64,000 nucleotides of DNA, taken from assembly GCA_040954595.2 (NCBI GenBank), contig CM082597.2, forward strand, positions 7,832,343 through 7,896,342. The letters run 5' to 3'. This document shows positions 63,834 to 64,000 of this stretch, in pieces. The notes under the pieces were generated by a model. The model saw only the letters and a program-made list of their open reading frames with translations, did no database searches and had not been told where the DNA came from. The number at the start of each line of letters is the position of its first letter. Position 1 is the stretch's first letter. Source of the DNA: Balanoglossus misakiensis. Lineage: Eukaryota; Animalia; Hemichordata. The position numbers and the translations under genes were made by a program.

Positions 63834-64000
63834 AATTAACAATTGAAAGAACAAAGTGGAACAACACCAGAGCTTGGCTGTCTGAGGCGGGAACACCTCG
63901 TTTATTACAGGTGACCCGCAAAAATGGCCACAAAATCGACTTAATACAAAACTGTATCATAGGAAGCATATGTAACACGTGGCTAATGTATAACAAGTAC
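63834..64000 (-). mobile_element. 3' end (B2/A2 repeats) of the Ngaro element in duplicate copy 2
   Basis: Matches 35525-35690. Confidence 0.85.

Larger units (their letters stand above)
58554..64000 (+). repeat. Segmental duplication, copy 2, running off the window
   Basis: Starts immediately after the TIR (GGACTA|aagggttggg); matches 30281-35690. Confidence 0.95.

Overview
Eukaryotic, intron-containing animal genomic DNA, probably from a marine invertebrate deuterostome (inferred from thrombospondin, WxxW/CysD and HYR exons and from Ngaro, Academ and ISL2EU transposons). Three + strand host genes can be spliced by hand. (1) The 3' 21 exons of an atypical thrombospondin-superfamily gene (271-12617): Cys-rich TNFR/ephrin-like repeats, EGFs, TSP3 repeats, TSP C-terminal domain, an extra LamG/pentraxin-like domain, and the end ...[14 protein letters not shown]. 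(2) A complete 4-exon secreted protein with two WxxW/CysD domains (16453-19634). (3) A signal-peptide gene with PAN/apple and HYR exon cassettes (from 29957, running off the window). About 5.4 kb of the third gene (30281-~35690) recurs at 58554-64000. Introns are about 99% identical and the HYR exon is identical, but the PAN exon differs at about 15% of sites, mostly non-synonymous; this is the top finding. Between the two copies lies a transposon nest: an Ngaro tyrosine-recombinase retrotransposon holding a full-length Gypsy LTR element and a LINE stub, cut by an Academ-like long-TIR element whose right end is the duplication breakpoint. That element carries an apparently intact ISL2EU transposon. 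MITEs and LINE, Penelope, hAT and kinase remnants fill the rest. All alignments and counts were done by eye.
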